A stretch of 41,231 bases of DNA from Armatimonadia bacterium (GTDB taxonomy: Bacteria > Armatimonadota > Zipacnadia > Zipacnadales > UBA11051). Positions 27,575-37,113 of this stretch are shown in pieces (the stretch's first letter is position 1; the number at the start of each line of letters is the position of its first letter). Both the position numbers and the translations under genes were made by a program. The notes under the pieces were generated by a model, which was given only the letters and a program-made list of their open reading frames with translations, was not told where the DNA came from and searched no databases. Where the stretch lies: contig JBDKRC010000003.1 of assembly GCA_039683575.1 (NCBI GenBank), positions 1-41,231 on the forward strand. Reading direction: 5' to 3'.

Positions 27575-28609
27575 TTATCTGGCTCCGTCGGGGTCAGTGA
27601 CCCGTCCCACAGTAGGCTCTTCCATAGAGCAAGGCGTCCGCTCCAGGTACTCCCACACCACGTCGGCCAACTCACCTACCGACCGCACCCCCTGGAACCT
27701 CTGCCGCAGCCTTCCGGCCTCCGGCAGCCCCCTCACGTAGAAGCTCATCTGGCTGCGCATCTGGCGCGCGGCCGAGATGTCCCCAAACTGCAGCGCGAGC
27801 ATCTGGGCCTGCCAGAGCGCGACCGCGAGGCGTTCGGGGCCGGTGGGCTCCCAGGCGTCAGTGCGTCCGGCGAGGGCCTCGCGGGCCTCGTGGAACACCC
27901 AGGGCCGCCCGAGGGCCCCGCGGGCGATCATGATGCCCGCGCAGCCAGTCTCCCGCAGCCTGCGCACAGCGTCTTGCCCCGTGGTGACGTCACCGTTGCC
28001 GATGACGGGTATGTCCACCGTCTCCACGAGCCGGGCCACGTGCGTCCAATCCGCGTGACCGCGGAAGTAGGCGCTGGCGGGCCGGGCGTGCAGCGATAGC
28101 GCCGCGACGCCCACATCCTGCAGGCGCTTGCCCAGTTCGAGGTAGCTGTCATCGCCGACCACCATACCGGCACGGAACTTGACCATGACCGGGGCGGCGA
28201 TGGCCTGCACTACGGCGGCGGCGACGGCGACGGCGCGGTCCGGGTCGCACATGAGCCCGACGCCCGATTGCGAACGCCGGACCTTCGGGACTGTGCACCC
28301 CATATTTATGTCAACAACATTGGCGCCCATTTCGACGCACAATCGGGCGGCGTCGGCCATACTTTCCGGCTCACCGCCGAAAATCTGCAGGGCGACGGGA
28401 CGCTCCTGGGGGCAGGTCTCCATCAGGGGCGGCGTCTTGGTGCTGCCGTACTGCAGGGCTTTGGCCGAGATCATCTCGGACACGACGAGGCCGGCGCCTG
28501 CATTGTGACACAGAAGCCGGAACGCAAGAGTAGTATAACCCGCCATCGGTCCCAAGACCAGAGGCGGGTCGATCTTGACGGCGCCAATGTGGAGGGAAGC
28601 GCGGCTCAT
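27575..28609 (-). CDS. dusB: tRNA-dihydrouridine synthase B
   Basis: PMAG, SEMIS, QIFG, DINMGC, IPVIGNGD, MIARGALGRPW. Confidence 0.92.
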   Translation of the reverse strand: MSRASLHIGAVKIDPPLVLGPMAGYTTLAFRLLCHNAGAGLVVSEMISAKALQYGSTKTPPLMETCPQERPVALQIFGGEPESMADAARLCVEMGANVVDINMGCTVPKVRRSQSGVGLMCDPDRAVAVAAAVVQAIAAPVMVKFRAGMVVGDDSYLELGKRLQDVGVAALSLHARPASAYFRGHADWTHVARLVETVDIPVIGNGDVTTGQDAVRRLRETGCAGIMIARGALGRPWVFHEAREALAGRTDAWEPTGPERLAVALWQAQMLALQFGDISAARQMRSQMSFYVRGLPEAGRLRQRFQGVRSVGELADVVWEYLERTPCSMEEPTVGRVTDPDGAR

Positions 28610-29412
28610 TGTGGGGGATTCGCAGCCTCGTCGATGAGACGTAGGCCCTTGAGGGTTAGCATGGTGTCGACCACGACCGCCTCGTCTTGCGTGCTCTCCG
28701 CCATGCTCTCGGCGTCTCCTCCGGTCATCACCACGAGGGCGCCTTCGTCATCCAGTGCTTGGCGGCAGGCCGCGATCAGCAGGTCCAGCGTCGCACCAAG
28801 TTGCAGGTGCACGCCCATCTTGAGTGCCATCGAGGTGCTGGTGCCAAGCGGCAGACTGGCCTCCTGGGGATCCTCTTCGGCAGCCGCCTCAAGCTGCGGC
28901 GCGATCTGAAAGATACCCTCATACAGCGCGGACAGCCCCGCCGCGATGTGGCCGCCCAGGAAGACTCCCTCGGCCGAGATGACTTCGGTTGTGATGCAGC
29001 TTCCAAGATCAATAGCGATCACCGGGCCGCCGTATTCGGCGTACGCGGCGACGGCGTTGGCTACGCGGTCACCGCCCAAGGCCTCCGGCGGGTTGTAGCG
29101 GCTCTCCAGCTTGGCCTGCAGATCACGCCCGAGAATCCGCAGCGGCGCCTGAAGGGCGTTCCGCAGCGTGTCCAGGATGTCGTCGGCCTCGGTAGTGCTC
29201 GTGCAGGCCACGAGGGCGTCACATTCGCTCTTGGCCAGATTCTGTTTGTCCAGTTGCTTCATTACGTGCTTGAGAAGGTACTGCTCGGGATCGGGGGGGC
29301 CCTCGCAGGCTTCTTCCCAGGAGACAGTGATCAGCGGCAGCCAGCGGCCCTTGGTGACCGCAGCGAGTTTGAGGCGTGAATTGCCGATGTCTGCGTACAG
29401 GCGATAGCTCAC
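28606..29412 (-). CDS. coaX: Type III pantothenate kinase
   Basis: DIGNS, LGGDR, IDLGSCIT, FLGGHI..G, TGGDA, LTLKGL. Confidence 0.92.
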   Translation of the reverse strand: MSYRLYADIGNSRLKLAAVTKGRWLPLITVSWEEACEGPPDPEQYLLKHVMKQLDKQNLAKSECDALVACTSTTEADDILDTLRNALQAPLRILGRDLQAKLESRYNPPEALGGDRVANAVAAYAEYGGPVIAIDLGSCITTEVISAEGVFLGGHIAAGLSALYEGIFQIAPQLEAAAEEDPQEASLPLGTSTSMALKMGVHLQLGATLDLLIAACRQALDDEGALVVMTGGDAESMAESTQDEAVVVDTMLTLKGLRLIDEAANPPQ

Positions 29413-30119
29413 AGTTGTTCCACTTCCTGGGTCCAGTTCGTTCCGTCAAAGGTAAGTATAGCCGCACCGCGGGCGTGGGCGAAGGTGCGCGAGATTGCGG
29501 TGTGGCCGGCCAGCTCCAGGCTCGGCTGCTGCATATGCCAGTGGCCGGCGAGGATGGCGGAGAGTTCCGGGCAGGCGGCGGCGAGGTCGTGTTCCGGCTT
29601 CTCGCCATAGTGGGTCAGGGCCACCAGCAGGTCGGTCTCAGGCTGCAGGGCGTGGATGGCCTCGCGGGCAGCGGTGAGGGCGTCGGTGTGGCGCACCGCC
29701 GCGGCCCGCTCCCAGAGACTGCGACCGCGCAGGAGGGGCTGGCTGAGGCCGAAGACGCCGACGCGTAGGCCGTTGGTGTCGAGAATCGTCCACCGCTGCA
29801 GTTGCGGGTACCGGCCACGCTGCACCTGAACGTTGGCGGCGAGGACAGGGAAGCGCATCCGGCCCAGCTTGCCGCGCATCGCCGCGGAGAGGAGGCCGAA
29901 CTCGCGATTGCCCATGCACAGGGCGTCGTATCCCGCCTCGTTCATCGCGCTGACGACTGCTTCGTCCCAGGGGTATGAAAAGAGGTTGGGAGAGCCCAGG
30001 GCGTCGCCGCTGTCGAGCAGCAGGGCCTGGCGGTCCTGTTTGAGTTGTCGCAGGCGCCGGGCTTGGGACACGGTCAACCGCCCGTGGTGGTCCGAGGTGT
30101 GGATCAGGCACAGCCGCAT
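29409..30119 (-). CDS. Metallophosphoesterase (5'-nucleotidase N-terminal domain only)
   Basis: HTSDHHG, DSGD, GNRE, LTH.G, AGHWH. Confidence 0.85.
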   Translation of the reverse strand: MRLCLIHTSDHHGRLTVSQARRLRQLKQDRQALLLDSGDALGSPNLFSYPWDEAVVSAMNEAGYDALCMGNREFGLLSAAMRGKLGRMRFPVLAANVQVQRGRYPQLQRWTILDTNGLRVGVFGLSQPLLRGRSLWERAAAVRHTDALTAAREAIHALQPETDLLVALTHYGEKPEHDLAAACPELSAILAGHWHMQQPSLELAGHTAISRTFAHARGAAILTFDGTNWTQEVEQL

Positions 30120-30122
30120 GGT

Positions 30123-31109
30123 CTAGATGACCCTCAGCTTCATCAAGTCCTGGATGTCCACCATGCCCACCGCGCGGCCCTCGTCGTCCACCACCGGGAC
30201 GTTGTCGAATTCGCGCTCTTCCATGAGGCGTAGGGCCTCGACGGCGAGGAGGTCGGCCTTGACGACGGTGGGCTTCCTGGTCATGACGTCGCCGATGGCG
30301 CTGTTCATGATTCTGGCATGGTCGGCGGACTGCCGCATGAGTTGGCGGAAATCGCCGTCGGTGAAGAGGCCAATCAGCTTGCCGTGTTCGTCGATGATGG
30401 TCACGACGCCGCGCACGGGGGCGACGCTCATGTTGAGCAGGGCCTCCATGACCGTGCCGTCCGGGCCCATGGTCGGGTTGTCCTCGCCGCTGTGCATGAC
30501 GTCACTGACGCGGAGGAGGAGACGGCGACCCAATGCCCCGCCGGGATGGCTTTCGGCATAGTCTTCGGCGGTGAAGCCGCGGGCGGCCATGAGAGCCATG
30601 GCGAGGGCGTCGCCCAGGGCGAGGGCCACCACCGCGGAGGCCGTGGGAGCGAGGCCGAGCGGACAGGCTTCGCGCTCGCAATGAGCGTTGAGGAAGGCGT
30701 CGGAGGCCCTGCCGAGGGTCGAGTTCTCATCGCCGCAGATGGAGATGAGCTTCACCTGCCGGCGCTTGACGGCCGGGAGGATATCAAGGATCTCGTTGGT
30801 CTCGCCCGAGTTGGAGAGCATGATCACGACATCACCGTCGCAGATCATGCCCAGGTCGCCATGCATGGCCTCGGCGGGGTGCACGAAGAGGGCAGGGGTT
30901 CCAGTGCTGGCGAGGGTCGAGGCGATCTTGCGGCCGATGGCCCCGGACTTGCCGATGCCGCAGACGATGACGCGGCCGGAGGTGTCGAGGAGGAGTTGGG
31001 CGGCCTGGACGAAGTCTTCGCCGAGGCGGTCGGAGACGCGGGTGATGGCGTCGCACTCGATCTGGAGAGTTTGCCGGGCTTGTTTGATGATGATTTCGTT
31101 GCTTGTCAT
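30123..31109 (-). CDS. kdsD: Arabinose-5-phosphate isomerase, KpsF/GutQ family
   Basis: SIS domain GIGKSG..STGT, HGDLG, HPGGALG; two CBS domains. Confidence 0.94.
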   Translation of the reverse strand: MTSNEIIIKQARQTLQIECDAITRVSDRLGEDFVQAAQLLLDTSGRVIVCGIGKSGAIGRKIASTLASTGTPALFVHPAEAMHGDLGMICDGDVVIMLSNSGETNEILDILPAVKRRQVKLISICGDENSTLGRASDAFLNAHCEREACPLGLAPTASAVVALALGDALAMALMAARGFTAEDYAESHPGGALGRRLLLRVSDVMHSGEDNPTMGPDGTVMEALLNMSVAPVRGVVTIIDEHGKLIGLFTDGDFRQLMRQSADHARIMNSAIGDVMTRKPTVVKADLLAVEALRLMEEREFDNVPVVDDEGRAVGMVDIQDLMKLRVI

Positions 31110-31114
31110 AGTGC

Positions 31115-31714
31115 CTAGAGCATGGACATTTGTTCTGGTTTTGCAGCCTGTCTGGCCTGTGATGCAGCTGATTTCCGGATTCGCCTAAGTTGCTCCGGTG
31201 AGATCGGCGGGTTCCTGCGGTGCATCATGTTATGGCAGTTGGGACACACAGGAACCATATCTACTACTGGGTTGACTTGGTAGCCCTCCTTCACCTGCGA
31301 AAGCGGCGTCAGGTGATGCACTTCAATGAAGCCTTCACCCAATTCCCCGTACTCAGAGCCGAAGTCGACACCGCATACGCAGCACACACAACCGTGCCTG
31401 TTCAGACAGGCTATTCTGTTTCTGTTGTCGCGCTCGAAGCGATTCACCTTAACGGTAGTCTTCGCGCCCTCGGGCCAACCTATCACGTCAGGGCTTTCAT
31501 AGCACCTAAGGCCCCAAACGTCTGTCCGAAGCAGCTCAATATCTGTGATTTTGAGCCTAACATAGCGGGCGAGGAGCCTTGCCATCTTTGCTTCAGCATC
31601 GGCCAAATCAGTTGGAACTAACCCTTGCTTGTTAGCAATCTCGAGTATTTCGCGCGTGTTGAGCGGATGCCCCGCTTGCTGTAGTACTTTTCGGGCAACG
31701 TGCGTTAGCCTCAA
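31115..31714 (-). CDS. HNH endonuclease (McrA-like) with N-terminal winged HTH (HARE-HTH-like)
   Basis: EG...ERD..C...G..CCVC, IEVHH..PL, CPNCHNMMH; N-terminal VLQQAGHPLNTREILE; TTG start with GGAGGG RBS; lower GC. Confidence 0.85.
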   Translation of the reverse strand: MRLTHVARKVLQQAGHPLNTREILEIANKQGLVPTDLADAEAKMARLLARYVRLKITDIELLRTDVWGLRCYESPDVIGWPEGAKTTVKVNRFERDNRNRIACLNRHGCVCCVCGVDFGSEYGELGEGFIEVHHLTPLSQVKEGYQVNPVVDMVPVCPNCHNMMHRRNPPISPEQLRRIRKSAASQARQAAKPEQMSML

Positions 31715-31796
31715 CGTGGTCGACCCTCCAATCTACTGCGGCATCTCAGGTATCGAGACTGCTGATCACACGCATGCGCGGCAGGTGTTGGGCAGG

Positions 31797-32141
31797 TCAG
31801 ACATTGATCCGCACCCCATACTGGTCGGCCTGCCAGCCCACAAAGCTCGGCATTCGCCGCACCCGCGCCCAGTCCTGTCGTGGGATCACTATCACGTCGA
31901 AGGAGGCTAGTCCTTCAACAGCCTCCAAGATCGGGATAAGCTCCATCATCAGTTGATAACGGTCGGCGGTATCGGCGATTACGAGGAAGTCAAAGTCGCT
32001 GTCCGGTCTCGCCGTCCCGCCGGCCCTGGAGCCGAAGAGAATCACCTCAGCGTCGGGAGCGTGGCGCTTGATTGCTCCAGCAGCCCTCTCGGCGAGTTCC
32101 CGATCCCTGGATGAGAGCCGGGAGGGGGACAGTGTGGTCAT
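31797..32141 (-). CDS. Minimal nucleotidyltransferase (MNT, pol-beta family)
   Basis: ILFGSRAGG.ARPDSDFDFLVI, FDVIV; 114 aa. Confidence 0.88.
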   Translation of the reverse strand: MTTLSPSRLSSRDRELAERAAGAIKRHAPDAEVILFGSRAGGTARPDSDFDFLVIADTADRYQLMMELIPILEAVEGLASFDVIVIPRQDWARVRRMPSFVGWQADQYGVRINV

Positions 32142-32956
32142 GCCTGTCTCACCACCTCATGCACCGCTTTGACCGAGCGCAGTAGCTCCGGCAGGTCGGC
32201 GAAGGGGATCATGTTGGGGCCGTCGCAGGGCGCGTTGTCGGGATCTGGATGGACTTCGAGGAAGAGGCCGTCGATGCCCATCGCCGCCGCTGCCCGGGCC
32301 AGACCTGCGGCGAACTGGCGCTGGCCGCCGGAGGCGCCGCCTGCGCCGCCGGGTAGCTGAACGCTATGGGTGGCGTCGAAGACCACCGGGGCGAGTTCGC
32401 GCATGATCGCGAGGCCGCGCATGTCTACCACGAGGTTGTTGTAGCCAAAAGTTGTGCCCCGCTCGGTCAGAATCACCCGCTCGTTACCCGTAGACTTGAC
32501 CTTGGCGACGGAATGGGCCATGTCGCCGGGGGCGAGGAATTGACCCTTCTTGATGTTTACGGGCAGGCCGGTCTCGCCGCAGGCGACCAGGAGGTCGGTC
32601 TGGCGGGAGAGGAAGGCCGGGACCTGCAGGACATCGAGGACCTGGGCGGCGGCGGCGATCTGTGTGGTCTCGTGGACATCGGAGACGAGCAGGACGCCGG
32701 CGCGCTCTTTGACCTCGGCGAGGAGGTCCAGACCGGCTTGCCAGCCGGGGCCGCGCTGGGAGGTCACGGAGGTGCGGTTGGCCTTGTCGTAGGAGGCCTT
32801 GAAGATGTAGGGCAGACCGGCTTCGGCGGCCATGTCACGGACGCGGCAGGCCATGTCGTAGGTGGCCATGAGGTCCTCGATGAGGCAGGGGCCGGCCATC
32901 AGGACGAGGTCGGCGGCGCCGAAGGTGAGGTTCTTTAGTTGGACTGAGTGGCTCAA
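32138..32956 (-). CDS. kdsA: KDO 8-phosphate synthase
   Basis: AGPC, KASYDKANRTS, PAFLSRQTDL, KKGQFL, ERG, DATHSVQ. Confidence 0.97.
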   Translation of the reverse strand: MSHSVQLKNLTFGAADLVLMAGPCLIEDLMATYDMACRVRDMAAEAGLPYIFKASYDKANRTSVTSQRGPGWQAGLDLLAEVKERAGVLLVSDVHETTQIAAAAQVLDVLQVPAFLSRQTDLLVACGETGLPVNIKKGQFLAPGDMAHSVAKVKSTGNERVILTERGTTFGYNNLVVDMRGLAIMRELAPVVFDATHSVQLPGGAGGASGGQRQFAAGLARAAAAMGIDGLFLEVHPDPDNAPCDGPNMIPFADLPELLRSVKAVHEVVRQA

Positions 32957-32983
32957 AGCGATCGCTCCATACTGATAGGCATG

Positions 32984-33742
32984 TTAGGAAAGCAGTTCCC
33001 GAACCCGCTCCAGGTCCTCGGGCGTGTCCACGCCTATTGGTGAGTAGTCTACCGTTACCACTCGGATTGGGCAGCCGTTTTCGAGGGCGCGAAGCTGTTC
33101 TAGGCTCTCGGTGATTTCCAGCGGCGTGCGCTCCAGTGACGCCATCCAGAGCAGCGTTTCCTTGGTGTACACGTACAGGCCGATGTGTTTCAGCGGTTGC
33201 AGGCCCGATTTTGGATGAGTGCGACTGTCTCCTGCTTCCTGGCCAGCGTCGAGGCGGAAGTATGGGATCGGGCAACGCGAGAAATAGAGCGCGAAGCCGC
33301 GCTGGTCTACTACTACTTTGACCGCCGAGGGTTCGACGTGTTCCTCCAGCGTAGTGATCGGCGTGGCGACGGTACCCAGGCGCAGGCCCTGTTCTTGCAG
33401 GAAGGGCGCGACCGCCGCGTCTATGACCTCAGGCCTGAGCAGGGGCTCATCGCCCTGCAGATTGACGATCAGGTCGCATTCCATGTTGCGGGCGACTTCG
33501 GCGAGGCGGTCGGTGCCGGAGGCGTGGTCGGGCGAAGTCATGGCGACCTTGCCGCCAAAGGCCTCGACGGCGGCGAAGACCTCGGCGTTGTCGGTGGCCA
33601 CGACTACCTCGGAGAGGTGCTGTGACTGGCAGGCGCGCTCGTAGACGTGCTGCACCATGGGCTTGCCCGCGATGTCCAGCAGGACTTTGCGCGGGAGGCG
33701 CGTGGAGGCGAGACGGGCCGGGATCATTCCGATGATGCGCAT
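32984..33742 (-). CDS. kdsB: CMP-KDO synthetase
   Basis: IPARLASTRLPRK, SGTDR, NLQGDEP, YFSR, HIGLY, LEQLRALENG. Confidence 0.97.
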   Translation of the reverse strand: MRIIGMIPARLASTRLPRKVLLDIAGKPMVQHVYERACQSQHLSEVVVATDNAEVFAAVEAFGGKVAMTSPDHASGTDRLAEVARNMECDLIVNLQGDEPLLRPEVIDAAVAPFLQEQGLRLGTVATPITTLEEHVEPSAVKVVVDQRGFALYFSRCPIPYFRLDAGQEAGDSRTHPKSGLQPLKHIGLYVYTKETLLWMASLERTPLEITESLEQLRALENGCPIRVVTVDYSPIGVDTPEDLERVRELLS

Positions 33743-33762
33743 ATGGCTCTACCTGGGCGAAG

Positions 33763-33847
33763 CGAAAACGTGGACAGACACCATTTTCGCATGAAGTTCG
33801 TGTAGGGCATCGGGAAGGCTGCGAGAATGGTGTCAGTCCCATTTTCG
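33763..33847. repeat. Imperfect inverted repeat (GGACAGACACC-type REP-like)
   Basis: cgaaaacgtggacagacaccattttcgca / tgcgagaatggtgtcagtcccattttcg. Confidence 0.65.
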
Positions 33848-33862
33848 TCACTTTCCAAGTGG

Positions 33863-34390
33863 TTACAGATCCTGTGGGTCCGGATAGTGCCTTGCCAGCA
33901 CTCGCATCAAGCCATAGAGCGGAATGGTCATGATGCCGCTGTAGATTGCCTTGGCCAGGACCGCTATCACCCATGACTGGGGGCTTGGCGGCGGGGCCAG
34001 GAGGAGGTTGATGACCGAAGCGACCACTACGCCAGCCGCCACCAGAATCACTGCAAGCGAGAGGCGGTCTGAGAACATCTTGCCCCGCATCGCGCCGGAC
34101 AGGAACCCGAGGCCCATGTGGCTGATGAACAGATTGCCCATCGCCACCCCGGCTACCGAGGCCCACAGGTACGCCCCCAGGAACCCCGAGAAGAGGCCGG
34201 ACATGGCCCCGGTGGTGAGGCCAATGCTTAGGACCGCCGCCAGCGTCAGGTCAGGCGGCTGGCCGCGCAATCGCAACCACGGCGGCCAGACGGCCTGCGC
34301 GGCGACGCAGATCAGCAGGACCAGTACCGTGAAGATATAGCCCTTCAGGGCCGAGCGCTCGGGACCGCTGGAGACATAGCTACTTTCCAT
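33863..34390 (-). CDS. mreD: Rod shape-determining protein MreD
   Basis: Hydrophobic 175 aa, PDL motif, directly downstream of mreC. Confidence 0.82.
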   Translation of the reverse strand: MESSYVSSGPERSALKGYIFTVLVLLICVAAQAVWPPWLRLRGQPPDLTLAAVLSIGLTTGAMSGLFSGFLGAYLWASVAGVAMGNLFISHMGLGFLSGAMRGKMFSDRLSLAVILVAAGVVVASVINLLLAPPPSPQSWVIAVLAKAIYSGIMTIPLYGLMRVLARHYPDPQDL

Positions 34391-35237
34391 GGCGCTCTAC
34401 CAACACGTAAGAGAGGTGGTCGAAATCCACGAAGGGCCTGATGATCGCAGTGAGGTCCATGCTGCCGGAGCTCGAACGGCGCGTACCGACCACGGTACCG
34501 ATAGGTATGCCCGCAGGGTAGACCTCGCCCATCCCTGAGGTGAGAATCACATCTCCCACCCGGATGTCGGCGCGGCCCATGAGCTTATCCATGACGAGCA
34601 TGTCCGGCAGGTACTCCGGCTGGGCGGCCACGCGCACCATTCCCTGGTCGCGCGAGCGCTGGACGACTCCGGCCACGGCATGTTCGGCGTCAATCAGCGG
34701 GAACACGTAGCCGCGCTTGGGGGGCGTGTCGCTGATTCTCCCGACCAGGCCGGCCTCGGTGCGCACGATGTTGCCAACCTCCAACTTCCGTCCGGGCGGG
34801 GCCTTGATGGTCAGACGCTTGCGGCTGAGGCCGTAGTTGATCGAGACGACCTCGGCCACAATGGGGTTGCCGCTGGCACGCTCGGTGTAGCCGAGCAGCT
34901 TCTTGAGGTGCTGGTTTTCGAAGTAGGCCTCGGTGAGGCGCAGCTTTTGCGCCGTCAGTTCTTCCTTCTCCGCGCGGAGGCGCTTGTTCTCGTCGGCCAG
35001 CCGCCGGTATTGCCCGAGGCCGGTGCCGATGCCTTCGAGGACGCGCGAGCCAGAGGCAAAGAGGTTCTGGACGGGCCAGACGACCGCGGCGGCGAGACGC
35101 TCAGGGGCGCTCATGTTACTGCTGCCGGCAGTCGTGGAGCCGCGCGCCCGGTGCTGCCATATGGTCAGCACGAGCGCCAGCAGTACCAGCGCCACTATGG
35201 GGCGAGTGTCAAAGCCGCTCCGGGGTCTTCTTAGCAT
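34380..35237 (-). CDS. mreC: Rod shape-determining protein MreC
   Basis: TM + coiled coil, ENxxLxxLL, GLVGRI, TSGMGEVYPAGIPIG. Confidence 0.92.
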   Translation of the reverse strand: MLRRPRSGFDTRPIVALVLLALVLTIWQHRARGSTTAGSSNMSAPERLAAAVVWPVQNLFASGSRVLEGIGTGLGQYRRLADENKRLRAEKEELTAQKLRLTEAYFENQHLKKLLGYTERASGNPIVAEVVSINYGLSRKRLTIKAPPGRKLEVGNIVRTEAGLVGRISDTPPKRGYVFPLIDAEHAVAGVVQRSRDQGMVRVAAQPEYLPDMLVMDKLMGRADIRVGDVILTSGMGEVYPAGIPIGTVVGTRRSSSGSMDLTAIIRPFVDFDHLSYVLVERHGK

Positions 35238-35285
35238 GAGAGGTTATTCTGTGGAATCGAGTCTACTACGCCATCGTGAGTGCCG

Positions 35286-35313
35286 GAGATCCTTCACTGC
35301 GCTCAGGATGACA
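35286..35313. repeat. Solo right arm of TGTCAT-family repeat
   Basis: gagatccttcactgcgctcaggatgaca. Confidence 0.75.
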
Positions 35314-35411
35314 AGGTGTGTCGCACGCCAGCGCCAGTTGCTCCCCGGCTACCCGGCTGAGGTGCCAATCTGGTCGCGCTCCCTTGAGCGCTCCTGCAGG
35401 CACAATAGCGG

Positions 35412-36425
35412 CTAACGGTACGGATTGGTCAGGCCCTGGAGCTCTTCCAGGTACTTAGCCGCTCCCACCGCGACGCAAGTCAGCGGGTCCTCGGCCACAT
35501 AGACGGGAATGTCGGTTTCGGCACTGATCAACTGGTCGAGCCCCTGCAGCAGCGCTCCGCCGCCAGCCAGGACTATGCCGCGGTTCATCACGTCTGCTGC
35601 AAGCTCTGGGGCGGTGGCGTCGAGGGTCTCTTTGACCATCTCCACGATGGCATTGACCGTGCTTTGGATAGCCTCGCGAATTTCGCCCGAGCTGATGACG
35701 ATGCTCCGCGGCAGGCCGCTGAGCAGGTCCTTGCCACGGACTTCCATCTCTTCCTCTTCCTGGCGCGGGAAGGCCGAACCGATGCGGATCTTGATCTGCT
35801 CGGAGGTGGTTTCGCCGATATAGAGGTTGAACTCGCGCCGGATGTACGTCCCGATCGCCTCGTCAATCTCTTCGCCGGCAATGCGCATCGAGCGCTGGGT
35901 ACAGATGCCGCCGAGCGAGATAACGGCGATCTCAGTGGTGCCACCGCCGATGTCCACGATCATGTTGCCAACGGGATCGGCGACCGGCAGCCCCGCACCG
36001 ATAGCCGCTGCCATCGGCTCGTCGATGATCTCACACTCAAAGGCTCCGGCAGCCCGTGCGGCGTCTTCTACGGCGCGGCGCTCCACCTCGGTGATGCCGG
36101 AGGGTACGCCAACGACCATGCGGGGATGTACGAACCAGCGCTGGGGCTGCACTTTGCGCAGGAAGTGCCGCAGCATGGCCTCGGTGATGTCGAAGTCGGC
36201 GATTACGCCGTTGCGCAGGGGCCGTACGGCGGCGATGCGGGCGGGTGTACGCCCCACCATCCGCTTGGCATCCTCACCCACGGCCAGGACAGCGTTGGTG
36301 ACGGTATCGATGGCCACTACGGAGGGCTCGCGGAGCAGAATGCCGCGGCCACTGACGTGCACAAGCGTGTTGGCAGTCCCCAAGTCGATCCCCATATCGG
36401 GGGAGAACTTGGAGAACCAGCCCAT
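35412..36425 (-). CDS. mreB: Rod shape-determining protein MreB
   Basis: GIDLGTANT, EPSVVA, EPMAAAIGAG, DIGGGTTE, AGGGALL. Start uncertain; the ORF is open to 36503. Confidence 0.97.
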   Translation of the reverse strand: MGWFSKFSPDMGIDLGTANTLVHVSGRGILLREPSVVAIDTVTNAVLAVGEDAKRMVGRTPARIAAVRPLRNGVIADFDITEAMLRHFLRKVQPQRWFVHPRMVVGVPSGITEVERRAVEDAARAAGAFECEIIDEPMAAAIGAGLPVADPVGNMIVDIGGGTTEIAVISLGGICTQRSMRIAGEEIDEAIGTYIRREFNLYIGETTSEQIKIRIGSAFPRQEEEEMEVRGKDLLSGLPRSIVISSGEIREAIQSTVNAIVEMVKETLDATAPELAADVMNRGIVLAGGGALLQGLDQLISAETDIPVYVAEDPLTCVAVGAAKYLEELQGLTNPYR

Positions 36426-36492
36426 CACGCCGCGCACGCCGCGCTCAAATATGTTCTTTTTGAAGTCGGCTCCACGCATTCCGACCAGTTGC

Positions 36493-37113
36493 TTAGTCTT
36501 CATCAGCTCTCTCAGAAGGTCCCGCCCAGCCTATCGCGGACAGGGCAAGGCGCAGTCTTGCCAGTGGCAAGCCCACTACATTTAGATATGATCCCCAAAC
36601 CTCGGCTACAAGTTCCCCGCCACCTGATTGTATGCCATAAGCGCCTGCCTTGTCGAGCGGGTCGCCAGTGGCGACATAGGCGTCAATCTCAGCCTCCGCT
36701 AGCCGCCGGAAGCTGACCAGGGAGGTTGCACACTCTTCGTACAGCAATTCAGCACCCCCGGATTCGCCCACAGCCAGCACGATTACGGTGAATACCTCGT
36801 GCCGCCGTCCCGACAGCTCGCGCAGCATCCGGCGCGCGTCTGCTTCGTCCCGGGGCTTCTCCAGGAGCCTGTTCCCCAGCGCCACCACCGTGTCCGCCCC
36901 CACGACAACCCGTCCAGGGTGGCGCCGGGCGACATCCTCGGCCTTGGCCCGCGCTCCGGCCTCGGCCTGACAGCGTGGAGAGGCTGCTCTGCCCAGATGC
37001 GCCTCGGCGGCGCTCACTTCCACCTCGAACTCAATTCCCGCCAGCCGCAGTATCTCCTGTCGGCGGGGTGAGGCTGAGGCCAGAATAAGGGGAGCGGTCA
37101 GCAAAGGTGGCAA
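36493..37113 (-). CDS. maf: Maf family nucleoside triphosphate pyrophosphatase
   Basis: LILASASPRR, GADTVV, LSGRRH, DKAGAYGIQ, NVVGLP; TTG start with AAGGAG RBS. Confidence 0.93.
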   Translation of the reverse strand: MPPLLTAPLILASASPRRQEILRLAGIEFEVEVSAAEAHLGRAASPRCQAEAGARAKAEDVARRHPGRVVVGADTVVALGNRLLEKPRDEADARRMLRELSGRRHEVFTVIVLAVGESGGAELLYEECATSLVSFRRLAEAEIDAYVATGDPLDKAGAYGIQSGGGELVAEVWGSYLNVVGLPLARLRLALSAIGWAGPSERADED

